This document shows positions 13,001 to 28,000 of a stretch of 64,000 bases of DNA, piece by piece (within the stretch, counting starts at the first letter, position 1; every line of letters begins with the position of its first letter). The DNA is taken from NCBI RefSeq assembly GCF_009914755.1, contig NC_060925.1. One strand, written 5' to 3'. This DNA comes from the human T2T-CHM13v2.0 reference genome, Homo sapiens. The translations under genes were made by a program, and so were the position numbers. The notes under the pieces were generated by a model. That model was not told the DNA's origin. It ran no database searches and saw nothing but the letters and a program-made list of their open reading frames with translations.

Positions 13001-16000
13001 GTTTATGAGAATCATTCTGTCTAGTTTCTATAAGAAGATACTTCCTATTCTACCATTGACCTCAAAGCGGCTGAAATCTCCACTTGCAAATTCGACAAAA
13101 AGAGTGTTTCAAGCCTGCTCTCTGTAAAGGATCCTTCAACTCTGTGAGTTGAATACACACAACACAAGGAAGTTACTGAGAATTATTCTGTCTAGCATAA
13201 TATGAAGAAATCCCGTTTCCAACGAAGGCCTCAAAGAGGTCTGAATATCCACTTGCAGACTTTACAAACAGAGTGTTTCCTAACTGCTCTATGAGAAGAA
13301 AAGTTAAACTCTGTGAGTTGAACGCACACATCACAAAAGATTTTCTGAGAATCATTCTGTCTAGTCTTTATATGAAGATAGTTTCCTTTTCTACCATTGA
13401 CCTCAAAGCGGCTGAAATCTCCACTTGCAAATTCCACAAAAAGAGTGTTTCAAGTCTGCTCTGTGTAAAGGATCGTTCAACTCTGTGAGTTGAATACACA
13501 CAACACAAGGAAGTTACTGAGAATTCTTCTGTCTAGCAGAATAGGAAGAAATCCCGTTTCCAACGAAGGCCACAAGATGTCAGAATATCCACTTACAGAC
13601 TTTACAAACAGAGTGTTTCCTAACTGCTCTATGAACAGAAAGGTTAAACTCTGTGAGTTGAACGAACACATCACAACGCAGTTTGTGGGAATGATGCTGT
13701 CTAGTTTTGAAACGAAGATATTTCCTTTTCTGCCGTTGACCTTAAAGCGCTTGAAATCTACACTTGCAAATTGCACAAATAGAGTGTTTCAAATCTGCTC
13801 TGTCTAAGGGAACGTTCAACTCTGTGAGTTGAATGCACACAACACAAGGAAGTTACTGGGAATTCTTCTGTCTAGCCTTACATGAAAAAACCCGTTTCCA
13901 ACGAAGGCCTCTAAGTGGTCAAAATATCCACGTGCAGACTTTACAAACAGAGTGTTTCCAAACCGCTGAATGAAAAGAAAAGTTGAACTCTGAGAGTTGA
14001 ACGCACACATCACGCAGCAGTTTCTGAGAATGATTCTGTCTAGTTTTTATACGAAGATATTTCCTTTTCTGCCTTTGGCCCCAAAGCGCTTGAAATCTCC
14101 ACTTGCAAATTCCACAAAAACAGTGTTTCAAATCTGCTCTCTCTAAATGAAAGTTCAACTCTGTCAGTTGAATACACACAACACAAGGAAGTTACTGAGA
14201 ATTCTTCTGTCTAGCATAATATGAAGAAATCCCGTTTCCAACGAAGGCCTCAAAGGGGTCTGAATATCCACTTGCAGACTTTATAAACAGAGTGTTTACT
14301 AACTGCTCTATGAAAAGAAAGGTTAAACTCTGTGAGTTGAACACACACATCACAAAGGAGTTTCTGAGAATCATTCTGTCTAGTTTTTCTACGAAGATAT
14401 TTCCTTTTCTACTATTGACCTCAAAGCGGCTGAAATCTCCACTTGCAAATTCCACAAAAAGAGTGTTTCAAGTCTGCTCTGTGTAAAGGATCGTTCAACT
14501 CTGTGAGTTGAATACACACAACACAAGGAAGTTTCTGAGAAATATTCTGTCTAGCAGAATATGAAGAAATCCCGTTTCCAACGAAGGCCTCAAGGAGGTC
14601 TGAATATCCACTTGCAGACTTTACAAACAGAGTGTTTCCTAACTGCTCTATGAAAAGAAAGGTTAAACTCTGTGAGTTGAACGCACACATCACAAAGGAG
14701 TTTATGAGAATCATTCTGTCTAGTTTCTATAGGAAGATATTTCCTATTCTACCATTGACCTCAAAGCGGCTGAAATCTCCACTTGCAAATTCCACAAAAA
14801 GAGTGTTTCAAGTCTGCTCTCTGTAAAGGGTCGTTCAACTCTGTGAGTTGAATACACACAACACAAGGAAGTTTCTGAGAAATATTCTGTCTAGCAGAAT
14901 ATGAAGAAATCCCGTTTCCAACGAAGGTCTCAAAGAGGTCTGAATATCCACTTGCAGACTTTACAAACAGAGTGTTTCCTAACTGCTCTATGAAAAGAAA
15001 GGTTAAACTCTGTGAGTTGAACGCACACATCACAAAGGAGTTTATGAGAATCATTCTGTCTAGTTTCTATAAGAAGATACTTCCTATTCTACCATTGACC
15101 TCAAAGCGGCTGAAATCTCCACTTGCAAATTCGACAAAAAGAGTGTTTCAAGCCTGCTCTCTGTAAAGGATCCTTCAACTCTGTGAGTTGAATACACACA
15201 ACACAAGGAAGTTACTGAGAATTATTCTGTCTAGCATAATATGAAGAAATCCCGTTTCCAACGAAGGCCTCAAAGAGGTCTGAATATCCACTTGCAGACT
15301 TTACAAACAGAGTGTTTCCTAACTGCTCTATGAGAAGAAAAGTTAAACTCTGTGAGTTGAACGCACACATCACAAAAGATTTTCTGAGAATCATTCTGTC
15401 TAGTCTTTATATGAAGATAGTTTCCTTTTCTACCATTGACCTCAAAGCGGCTGAAATCTCCACTTGCAAATTCCACAAAAAGAGTGTTTCAAGTCTGCTC
15501 TGTGTAAAGGATCGTTCAACTCTGTGAGTTGAATACACACAACACAAGGAAGTTACTGAGAATTCTTCTGTCTAGCAGAATAGGAAGAAATCCCGTTTCC
15601 AACGAAGGCCACAAGATGTCAGAATATCCACTTACAGACTTTACAAACAGAGTGTTTCCTAACTGCTCTATGAACAGAAAGGTTAAACTCTGTGAGTTGA
15701 ACGAACACATCACAACGCAGTTTGTGGGAATGATTCTGTCTAGTTTTGAAACGAAGATATTTCCTTTTCTGCCGTTGACCTTAAAGCGCTTGAAATCTAC
15801 ACTTGCAAATTGCACAAATAGAGTGTTTCAAATCTGCTCTGTCTAAGGGAACGTTCAACTCTGTGAGTTGAATGCACACAACACAAGGAAGTTACTGGGA
15901 ATTCTTCTGTCTAGCCTTACATGAAAAAACCCGTTTCCAACGAAGGCCTCTAAGTGGTCAAAATATCCACGTGCAGACTTTACAAACAGAGTGTTTCCAA

Positions 16001-19000
16001 ACCGCTGAATGAAAAGAAAAGTTGAACTCTGAGAGTTGAACGCACACATCACGCAGCAGTTTCTGAGAATGATTCTGTCTAGTTTTTATACGAAGATATT
16101 TCCTTTTCTGCCTTTGGCCCCAAAGCGCTTGAAATCTCCACTTGCAAATTCCACAAAAACAGTGTTTCAAATCTGCTCTCTCTAAATGAAAGTTCAACTC
16201 TGTCAGTTGAATACACACAACACAAGGAAGTTACTGAGAATTCTTCTGTCTAGCATAATATGAAGAAATCCCGTTTCCAACGAAGGCCTCAAAGGGGTCT
16301 GAATATCCACTTGCAGACTTTATAAACAGAGTGTTTACTAACTGCTCTATGAAAAGAAAGGTTAAACTCTGTGAGTTGAACACACACATCACAAAGGAGT
16401 TTCTGAGAATCATTCTGTCTAGTTTTTCTACGAAGATATTTCCTTTTCTACTATTGACCTCAAAGCGGCTGAAATCTCCACTTGCAAATTCCACAAAAAG
16501 AGTGTTTCAAGTCTGCTCTGTGTAAAGGATCGTTCAACTCTGTGAGTTGAATACACACAACACAAGGAAGTTTCTGAGAAATATTCTGTCTAGCAGAATA
16601 TGAAGAAATCCCGTTTCCAACGAAGGCCTCAAGGAGGTCTGAATATCCACTTGCAGACTTTACAAACAGAGTGTTTCCTAACTGCTCTATGAAAAGAAAG
16701 GTTAAACTCTGTGAGTTGAACGCACACATCACAAAGGAGTTTATGAGAATCATTCTGTCTAGTTTCTATAGGAAGATATTTCCTATTCTACCATTGACCT
16801 CAAAGCGGCTGAAATCTCCACTTGCAAATTCCACAAAAAGAGTGTTTCAAGTCTGCTCTCTGTAAAGGATCGTTCAACTCTGTGAGTTGAATACACACAA
16901 CACAAGGAAGTTTCTGAGAAATATTCTGTCTAGCAGAATATGAAGAAATCCCGTTTCCAACGAAGGTCTCAAAGAGGTCTGAATATCCACTTGCAGACTT
17001 TACAAACAGAGTGTTTCCTAACTGCTCTATGAAAAGAAAGGTTAAACTCTGTGAGTTGAACGCACACATCACAAAGGAGTTTATGAGAATCATTCTGTCT
17101 AGTTTCTATAAGAAGATACTTCCTATTCTACCATTGACCTCAAAGCGGCTGAAATCTCCACTTGCAAATTCGACAAAAAGAGTGTTTCAAGCCTGCTCTC
17201 TGTAAAGGATCCTTCAACTCTGTGAGTTGAATACACACAACACAAGGAAGTTACTGAGAATTATTCTGTCTAGCATAATATGAAGAAATCCCGTTTCCAA
17301 CGAAGGCCTCAAAGAGGTCTGAATATCCACTTGCAGACTTTACAAACAGAGTGTTTCCTAACTGCTCTATGAGAAGAAAAGTTAAACTCTGTGAGTTGAA
17401 CGCACACATCACAAAAGATTTTCTGAGAATCATTCTGTCTAGTCTTTATATGAAGATAGTTTCCTTTTCTACCATTGACCTCAAAGCGGCTGAAATCTCC
17501 ACTTGCAAATTCCACAAAAAGAGTGTTTCAAGTCTGCTCTGTGTAAAGGATCGTTCAACTCTGTGAGTTGAATACACACAACACAAGGAAGTTACTGAGA
17601 ATTCTTCTGTCTAGCAGAATAGGAAGAAATCCCGTTTCCAACGAAGGCCACAAGATGTCAGAATATCCACTTACAGACTTTACAAACAGAGTGTTTCCTA
17701 ACTGCTCTATGAACAGAAAGGTTAAACTCTGTGAGTTGAACGAACACATCACAACGCAGTTTGTGGGAATGATTCTGTCTAGTTTTGAAACGAAGATATT
17801 TCCTTTTCTGCCGTTGACCTTAAAGCGCTTGAAATCTACACTTGCAAATTGCACAAATAGAGTGTTTCAAATCTGCTCTGTCTAAGGGAACGTTCAACTC
17901 TGTGAGTTGAATGCACACAACACAAGGAAGTTACTGGGAATTCTTCTGTCTAGCCTTACATGAAAAAACCCGTTTCCAACGAAGGCCTCTAAGTGGTCAA
18001 AATATCCACGTGCAGACTTTACAAACAGAGTGTTTCCAAACCGCTGAATGAAAAGAAAAGTTGAACTCTGAGAGTTGAACGCACACATCACGCAGCAGTT
18101 TCTGAGAATGATTCTGTCTAGTTTTTATACGAAGATATTTCCTTTTCTGCCTTTGGCCCCAAAGCGCTTGAAATCTCCACTTGCAAATTCCACAAAAACA
18201 GTGTTTCAAATCTGCTCTCTCTAAATGAAAGTTCAACTCTGTCAGTTGAATACACACAACACAAGGAAGTTACTGAGAATTCTTCTGTCTAGCATAATAT
18301 GAAGAAATCCCGTTTCCAACGAAGGCCTCAAAGGGGTCTGAATATCCACTTGCAGACTTTATAAACAGAGTGTTTACTAACTGCTCTATGAAAAGAAAGG
18401 TTAAACTCTGTGAGTTGAACACACACATCACAAAGGAGTTTCTGAGAATCATTCTGTCTAGTTTTTCTACGAAGATATTTCCTTTTCTACTATTGACCTC
18501 AAAGCGGCTGAAATCTCCACTTGCAAATTCCACAAAAAGAGTGTTTCAAGTCTGCTCTGTGTAAAGGATCGTTCAACTCTGTGAGTTGAATACACACAAC
18601 ACAAGGAAGTTTCTGAGAAATATTCTGTCTAGCAGAATATGAAGAAATCCCGTTTCCAACGAAGGCCTCAAGGAGGTCTGAATATCCACTTGCAGACTTT
18701 ACAAACAGAGTGTTTCCTAACTGCTCTATGAAAAGAAAGGTTAAACTCTGTGAGTTGAACGCACACATCACAAAGGAGTTTATGAGAATCATTCTGTCTA
18801 GTTTCTATAGGAAGATATTTCCTATTCTACCATTGACCTCAAAGCGGCTGAAATCTCCACTTGCAAATTCCACAAAAAGAGTGTTTCAAGTCTGCTCTCT
18901 GTAAAGGATCGTTCAACTCTGTGAGTTGAATACACACAACACAAGGAAGTTTCTGAGAAATATTCTGTCTAGCAGAATATGAAGAAATCCCGTTTCCAAC

Positions 19001-22000
19001 GAAGGTCTCAAAGAGGTCTGAATATCCACTTGCAGACTTTACAAACAGAGTGTTTCCTAACTGCTCTATGAAAAGAAAGGTTAAACTCTGTGAGTTGAAC
19101 GCACACATCACAAAGGAGTTTATGAGAATCATTCTGTCTAGTTTCTATAAGAAGATACTTCCTATTCTACCATTGACCTCAAAGCGGCTGAAATCTCCAC
19201 TTGCAAATTCGACAAAAAGAGTGTTTCAAGCCTGCTCTCTGTAAAGGATCCTTCAACTCTGTGAGTTGAATACACACAACACAAGGAAGTTACTGAGAAT
19301 TATTCTGTCTAGCATAATATGAAGAAATCCCGTTTCCAACGAAGGCCTCAAAGAGGTCTGAATATCCACTTGCAGACTTTACAAACAGAGTGTTTCCTAA
19401 CTGCTCTATGAGAAGAAAAGTTAAACTCTGTGAGTTGAACGCACACATCACAAAAGATTTTCTGAGAATCATTCTGTCTAGTCTTTATATGAAGATAGTT
19501 TCCTTTTCTACCATTGACCTCAAAGCGGCTGAAATCTCCACTTGCAAATTCCACAAAAAGAGTGTTTCAAGTCTGCTCTGTGTAAAGGATCGTTCAACTC
19601 TGTGAGTTGAATACACACAACACAAGGAAGTTACTGAGAATTCTTCTGTCTAGCAGAATAGGAAGAAATCCCGTTTCCAACGAAGGCCACAAGATGTCAG
19701 AATATCCACTTACAGACTTTACAAACAGAGTGTTTCCTAACTGCTCTATGAACAGAAAGGTTAAACTCTGTGAGTTGAACGAACACATCACAACGCAGTT
19801 TGTGGGAATGATTCTGTCTAGTTTTGAAACGAAGATATTTCCTTTTCTGCCGTTGACCTTAAAGCGCTTGAAATCTACACTTGCAAATTGCACAAATAGA
19901 GTGTTTCAAATCTGCTCTGTCTAAGGGAACGTTCAACTCTGTGAGTTGAATGCACACAACACAAGGAAGTTACTGGGAATTCTTCTGTCTAGCCTTACAT
20001 GAAAAAACCCGTTTCCAACGAAGGCCTCTAAGTGGTCAAAATATCCACGTGCAGACTTTACAAACAGAGTGTTTCCAAACCGCTGAATGAAAAGAAAAGT
20101 TGAACTCTGAGAGTTGAACGCACACATCACGCAGCAGTTTCTGAGAATGATTCTGTCTAGTTTTTATACGAAGATATTTCCTTTTCTGCCTTTGGCCCCA
20201 AAGCGCTTGAAATCTCCACTTGCAAATTCCACAAAAACAGTGTTTCAAATCTGCTCTCTCTAAATGAAAGTTCAACTCTGTCAGTTGAATACACACAACA
20301 CAAGGAAGTTACTGAGAATTCTTCTGTCTAGCATAATATGAAGAAATCCCGTTTCCAACGAAGGCCTCAAAGGGGTCTGAATATCCACTTGCAGACTTTA
20401 TAAACAGAGTGTTTACTAACTGCTCTATGAAAAGAAAGGTTAAACTCTGTGAGTTGAACACACACATCACAAAGGAGTTTCTGAGAATCATTCTGTCTAG
20501 TTTTTCTACGAAGATATTTCCTTTTCTACTATTGACCTCAAAGCGGCTGAAATCTCCACTTGCAAATTCCACAAAAAGAGTGTTTCAAGTCTGCTCTGTG
20601 TAAAGGATCGTTCAACTCTGTGAGTTGAATACACACAACACAAGGAAGTTTCTGAGAAATATTCTGTCTAGCAGAATATGAAGAAATCCCGTTTCCAACG
20701 AAGGCCTCAAGGAGGTCTGAATATCCACTTGCAGACTTTACAAACAGAGTGTTTCCTAACTGCTCTATGAAAAGAAAGGTTAAACTCTGTGAGTTGAACG
20801 CACACATCACAAAGGAGTTTATGAGAATCATTCTGTCTAGTTTCTATAGGAAGATATTTCCTATTCTACCATTGACCTCAAAGCGGCTGAAATCTCCACT
20901 TGCAAATTCCACAAAAAGAGTGTTTCAAGTCTGCTCTCTGTAAAGGATCGTTCAACTCTGTGAGTTGAATACACACAACACAAGGAAGTTTCTGAGAAAT
21001 ATTCTGTCTAGCAGAATATGAAGAAATCCCGTTTCCAACGAAGGTCTCAAAGAGGTCTGAATATCCACTTGCAGACTTTACAAACAGAGTGTTTCCTAAC
21101 TGCTCTATGAAAAGAAAGGTTAAACTCTGTGAGTTGAACGCACACATCACAAAGGAGTTTATGAGAATCATTCTGTCTAGTTTCTATAAGAAGATACTTC
21201 CTATTCTACCATTGACCTCAAAGCGGCTGAAATCTCCACTTGCAAATTCGACAAAAAGAGTGTTTCAAGCCTGCTCTCTGTAAAGGATCCTTCAACTCTG
21301 TGAGTTGAATACACACAACACAAGGAAGTTACTGAGAATTATTCTGTCTAGCATAATATGAAGAAATCCCGTTTCCAACGAAGGCCTCAAAGAGGTCTGA
21401 ATATCCACTTGCAGACTTTACAAACAGAGTGTTTCCTAACTGCTCTATGAGAAGAAAAGTTAAACTCTGTGAGTTGAACGCACACATCACAAAAGATTTT
21501 CTGAGAATCATTCTGTCTAGTCTTTATATGAAGATAGTTTCCTTTTCTACCATTGACCTCAAAGCGGCTGAAATCTCCACTTGCAAATTCCACAAAAAGA
21601 GTGTTTCAAGTCTGCTCTGTGTAAAGGATCGTTCAACTCTGTGAGTTGAATACACACAACACAAGGAAGTTACTGAGAATTCTTCTGTCTAGCAGAATAG
21701 GAAGAAATCCCGTTTCCAACGAAGGCCACAAGATGTCAGAATATCCACTTACAGACTTTACAAACAGAGTGTTTCCTAACTGCTCTATGAACAGAAAGGT
21801 TAAACTCTGTGAGTTGAACGAACACATCACAACGCAGTTTGTGGGAATGATTCTGTCTAGTTTTGAAACGAAGATATTTCCTTTTCTGCCGTTGACCTTA
21901 AAGCGCTTGAAATCTACACTTGCAAATTGCACAAATAGAGTGTTTCAAATCTGCTCTGTCTAAGGGAACGTTCAACTCTGTGAGTTGAATGCACACAACA

Positions 22001-25000
22001 CAAGGAAGTTACTGGGAATTCTTCTGTCTAGCCTTACATGAAAAAACCCGTTTCCAACGAAGGCCTCTAAGTGGTCAAAATATCCACGTGCAGACTTTAC
22101 AAACAGAGTGTTTCCAAACCGCTGAATGAAAAGAAAAGTTGAACTCTGAGAGTTGAACGCACACATCACGCAGCAGTTTCTGAGAATGATTCTGTCTAGT
22201 TTTTATACGAAGATATTTCCTTTTCTGCCTTTGGCCCCAAAGCGCTTGAAATCTCCACTTGCAAATTCCACAAAAACAGTGTTTCAAATCTGCTCTCTCT
22301 AAATGAAAGTTCAACTCTGTCAGTTGAATACACACAACACAAGGAAGTTACTGAGAATTCTTCTGTCTAGCATAATATGAAGAAATCCCGTTTCCAACGA
22401 AGGCCTCAAAGGGGTCTGAATATCCACTTGCAGACTTTATAAACAGAGTGTTTACTAACTGCTCTATGAAAAGAAAGGTTAAACTCTGTGAGTTGAACAC
22501 ACACATCACAAAGGAGTTTCTGAGAATCATTCTGTCTAGTTTTTCTACGAAGATATTTCCTTTTCTACTATTGACCTCAAAGCGGCTGAAATCTCCACTT
22601 GCAAATTCCACAAAAAGAGTGTTTCAAGTCTGCTCTGTGTAAAGGATCGTTCAACTCTGTGAGTTGAATACACACAACACAAGGAAGTTTCTGAGAAATA
22701 TTCTGTCTAGCAGAATATGAAGAAATCCCGTTTCCAACGAAGGCCTCAAGGAGGTCTGAATATCCACTTGCAGACTTTACAAACAGAGTGTTTCCTAACT
22801 GCTCTATGAAAAGAAAGGTTAAACTCTGTGAGTTGAACGCACACATCACAAAGGAGTTTATGAGAATCATTCTGTCTAGTTTCTATAGGAAGATATTTCC
22901 TATTCTACCATTGACCTCAAAGCGGCTGAAATCTCCACTTGCAAATTCCACAAAAAGAGTGTTTCAAGTCTGCTCTCTGTAAAGGATCGTTCAACTCTGT
23001 GAGTTGAATACACACAACACAAGGAAGTTTCTGAGAAATATTCTGTCTAGCAGAATATGAAGAAATCCCGTTTCCAACGAAGGTCTCAAAGAGGTCTGAA
23101 TATCCACTTGCAGACTTTACAAACAGAGTGTTTCCTAACTGCTCTATGAAAAGAAAGGTTAAACTCTGTGAGTTGAACGCACACATCACAAAGGAGTTTA
23201 TGAGAATCATTCTGTCTAGTTTCTATAAGAAGATACTTCCTATTCTACCATTGACCTCAAAGCGGCTGAAATCTCCACTTGCAAATTCGACAAAAAGAGT
23301 GTTTCAAGCCTGCTCTCTGTAAAGGATCCTTCAACTCTGTGAGTTGAATACACACAACACAAGGAAGTTACTGAGAATTATTCTGTCTAGCATAATATGA
23401 AGAAATCCCGTTTCCAACGAAGGCCTCAAAGAGGTCTGAATATCCACTTGCAGACTTTACAAACAGAGTGTTTCCTAACTGCTCTATGAGAAGAAAAGTT
23501 AAACTCTGTGAGTTGAACGCACACATCACAAAAGATTTTCTGAGAATCATTCTGTCTAGTCTTTATATGAAGATAGTTTCCTTTTCTACCATTGACCTCA
23601 AAGCGGCTGAAATCTCCACTTGCAAATTCCACAAAAAGAGTGTTTCAAGTCTGCTCTGTGTAAAGGATCGTTCAACTCTGTGAGTTGAATACACACAACA
23701 CAAGGAAGTTACTGAGAATTCTTCTGTCTAGCAGAATAGGAAGAAATCCCGTTTCCAACGAAGGCCACAAGATGTCAGAATATCCACTTACAGACTTTAC
23801 AAACAGAGTGTTTCCTAACTGCTCTATGAACAGAAAGGTTAAACTCTGTGAGTTGAACGAACACATCACAACGCAGTTTGTGGGAATGATTCTGTCTAGT
23901 TTTGAAACGAAGATATTTCCTTTTCTGCCGTTGACCTTAAAGCGCTTGAAATCTACACTTGCAAATTGCACAAATAGAGTGTTTCAAATCTGCTCTGTCT
24001 AAGGGAACGTTCAACTCTGTGAGTTGAATGCACACAACACAAGGAAGTTACTGGGAATTCTTCTGTCTAGCCTTACATGAAAAAACCCGTTTCCAACGAA
24101 GGCCTCTAAGTGGTCAAAATATCCACGTGCAGACTTTACAAACAGAGTGTTTCCAAACCGCTGAATGAAAAGAAAAGTTGAACTCTGAGAGTTGAACGCA
24201 CACATCACGCAGCAGTTTCTGAGAATGATTCTGTCTAGTTTTTATACGAAGATATTTCCTTTTCTGCCTTTGGCCCCAAAGCGCTTGAAATCTCCACTTG
24301 CAAATTCCACAAAAACAGTGTTTCAAATCTGCTCTCTCTAAATGAAAGTTCAACTCTGTCAGTTGAATACACACAACACAAGGAAGTTACTGAGAATTCT
24401 TCTGTCTAGCATAATATGAAGAAATCCCGTTTCCAACGAAGGCCTCAAAGGGGTCTGAATATCCACTTGCAGACTTTATAAACAGAGTGTTTACTAACTG
24501 CTCTATGAAAAGAAAGGTTAAACTCTGTGAGTTGAACACACACATCACAAAGGAGTTTCTGAGAATCATTCTGTCTAGTTTTTCTACGAAGATATTTCCT
24601 TTTCTACTATTGACCTCAAAGCGGCTGAAATCTCCACTTGCAAATTCCACAAAAAGAGTGTTTCAAGTCTGCTCTGTGTAAAGGATCGTTCAACTCTGTG
24701 AGTTGAATACACACAACACAAGGAAGTTTCTGAGAAATATTCTGTCTAGCAGAATATGAAGAAATCCCGTTTCCAACGAAGGCCTCAAGGAGGTCTGAAT
24801 ATCCACTTGCAGACTTTACAAACAGAGTGTTTCCTAACTGCTCTATGAAAAGAAAGGTTAAACTCTGTGAGTTGAACGCACACATCACAAAGGAGTTTAT
24901 GAGAATCATTCTGTCTAGTTTCTATAGGAAGATATTTCCTATTCTACCATTGACCTCAAAGCGGCTGAAATCTCCACTTGCAAATTCCACAAAAAGAGTG

Positions 25001-28000
25001 TTTCAAGTCTGCTCTCTGTAAAGGATCGTTCAACTCTGTGAGTTGAATACACACAACACAAGGAAGTTTCTGAGAAATATTCTGTCTAGCAGAATATGAA
25101 GAAATCCCGTTTCCAACGAAGGTCTCAAAGAGGTCTGAATATCCACTTGCAGACTTTACAAACAGAGTGTTTCCTAACTGCTCTATGAAAAGAAAGGTTA
25201 AACTCTGTGAGTTGAACGCACACATCACAAAGGAGTTTATGAGAATCATTCTGTCTAGTTTCTATAAGAAGATACTTCCTATTCTACCATTGACCTCAAA
25301 GCGGCTGAAATCTCCACTTGCAAATTCGACAAAAAGAGTGTTTCAAGCCTGCTCTCTGTAAAGGATCCTTCAACTCTGTGAGTTGAATACACACAACACA
25401 AGGAAGTTACTGAGAATTATTCTGTCTAGCATAATATGAAGAAATCCCGTTTCCAACGAAGGCCTCAAAGAGGTCTGAATATCCACTTGCAGACTTTACA
25501 AACAGAGTGTTTCCTAACTGCTCTATGAGAAGAAAAGTTAAACTCTGTGAGTTGAACGCACACATCACAAAAGATTTTCTGAGAATCATTCTGTCTAGTC
25601 TTTATATGAAGATAGTTTCCTTTTCTACCATTGACCTCAAAGCGGCTGAAATCTCCACTTGCAAATTCCACAAAAAGAGTGTTTCAAGTCTGCTCTGTGT
25701 AAAGGATCGTTCAACTCTGTGAGTTGAATACACACAACACAAGGAAGTTACTGAGAATTCTTCTGTCTAGCAGAATAGGAAGAAATCCCGTTTCCAACGA
25801 AGGCCACAAGATGTCAGAATATCCACTTACAGACTTTACAAACAGAGTGTTTCCTAACTGCTCTATGAACAGAAAGGTTAAACTCTGTGAGTTGAACGAA
25901 CACATCACAACGCAGTTTGTGGGAATGATTCTGTCTAGTTTTGAAACGAAGATATTTCCTTTTCTGCCGTTGACCTTAAAGCGCTTGAAATCTACACTTG
26001 CAAATTGCACAAATAGAGTGTTTCAAATCTGCTCTGTCTAAGGGAACGTTCAACTCTGTGAGTTGAATGCACACAACACAAGGAAGTTACTGGGAATTCT
26101 TCTGTCTAGCCTTACATGAAAAAACCCGTTTCCAACGAAGGCCTCTAAGTGGTCAAAATATCCACGTGCAGACTTTACAAACAGAGTGTTTCCAAACCGC
26201 TGAATGAAAAGAAAAGTTGAACTCTGAGAGTTGAACGCACACATCACGCAGCAGTTTCTGAGAATGATTCTGTCTAGTTTTTATACGAAGATATTTCCTT
26301 TTCTGCCTTTGGCCCCAAAGCGCTTGAAATCTCCACTTGCAAATTCCACAAAAACAGTGTTTCAAATCTGCTCTCTCTAAATGAAAGTTCAACTCTGTCA
26401 GTTGAATACACACAACACAAGGAAGTTACTGAGAATTCTTCTGTCTAGCATAATATGAAGAAATCCCGTTTCCAACGAAGGCCTCAAAGGGGTCTGAATA
26501 TCCACTTGCAGACTTTATAAACAGAGTGTTTACTAACTGCTCTATGAAAAGAAAGGTTAAACTCTGTGAGTTGAACACACACATCACAAAGGAGTTTCTG
26601 AGAATCATTCTGTCTAGTTTTTCTACGAAGATATTTCCTTTTCTACTATTGACCTCAAAGCGGCTGAAATCTCCACTTGCAAATTCCACAAAAAGAGTGT
26701 TTCAAGTCTGCTCTGTGTAAAGGATCGTTCAACTCTGTGAGTTGAATACACACAACACAAGGAAGTTTCTGAGAAATATTCTGTCTAGCAGAATATGAAG
26801 AAATCCCGTTTCCAACGAAGGCCTCAAGGAGGTCTGAATATCCACTTGCAGACTTTACAAACAGAGTGTTTCCTAACTGCTCTATGAAAAGAAAGGTTAA
26901 ACTCTGTGAGTTGAACGCACACATCACAAAGGAGTTTATGAGAATCATTCTGTCTAGTTTCTATAGGAAGATATTTCCTATTCTACCATTGACCTCAAAG
27001 CGGCTGAAATCTCCACTTGCAAATTCCACAAAAAGAGTGTTTCAAGTCTGCTCTCTGTAAAGGATCGTTCAACTCTGTGAGTTGAATACACACAACACAA
27101 GGAAGTTTCTGAGAAATATTCTGTCTAGCAGAATATGAAGAAATCCCGTTTCCAACGAAGGTCTCAAAGAGGTCTGAATATCCACTTGCAGACTTTACAA
27201 ACAGAGTGTTTCCTAACTGCTCTATGAAAAGAAAGGTTAAACTCTGTGAGTTGAACGCACACATCACAAAGGAGTTTATGAGAATCATTCTGTCTAGTTT
27301 CTATAAGAAGATACTTCCTATTCTACCATTGACCTCAAAGCGGCTGAAATCTCCACTTGCAAATTCGACAAAAAGAGTGTTTCAAGCCTGCTCTCTGTAA
27401 AGGATCCTTCAACTCTGTGAGTTGAATACACACAACACAAGGAAGTTACTGAGAATTATTCTGTCTAGCAGAATATGAAGAAATCCCGTTTCCAACGAAG
27501 GCCTCAAAGAGGTCTGAATATCCACTTGCAGACTTTACAAACAGAGTGTTTCCTAACTGCTCTATGAGAAGAAAAGTTAAACTCTGTGAGTTGAACGCAC
27601 ACATCACAAAAGATTTTCTGAGAATCATTCTGTCTAGTCTTTATATGAAGATAGTTTCCTTTTCTACCATTGACCTCAAAGCGGCTGAAATCTCCACTTG
27701 CAAATTCCACAAAAAGAGTGTTTCAAGTCTGCTCTGTGTAAAGGATCGTTCAACTCTGTGAGTTGAATACACACAACACAAGGAAGTTACTGAGAATTCT
27801 TCTGTCTAGCAGAATAGGAAGAAATCCCGTTTCCAACGAAGGCCACAAGATGTCAGAATATCCACTTACAGACTTTACAAACAGAGTGTTTCCTAACTGC
27901 TCTATGAACAGAAAGGTTAAACTCTGTGAGTTGAACGAACACATCACAACGCAGTTTGTGGGAATGATTCTGTCTAGTTTTGAAACGAAGATATTTCCTT

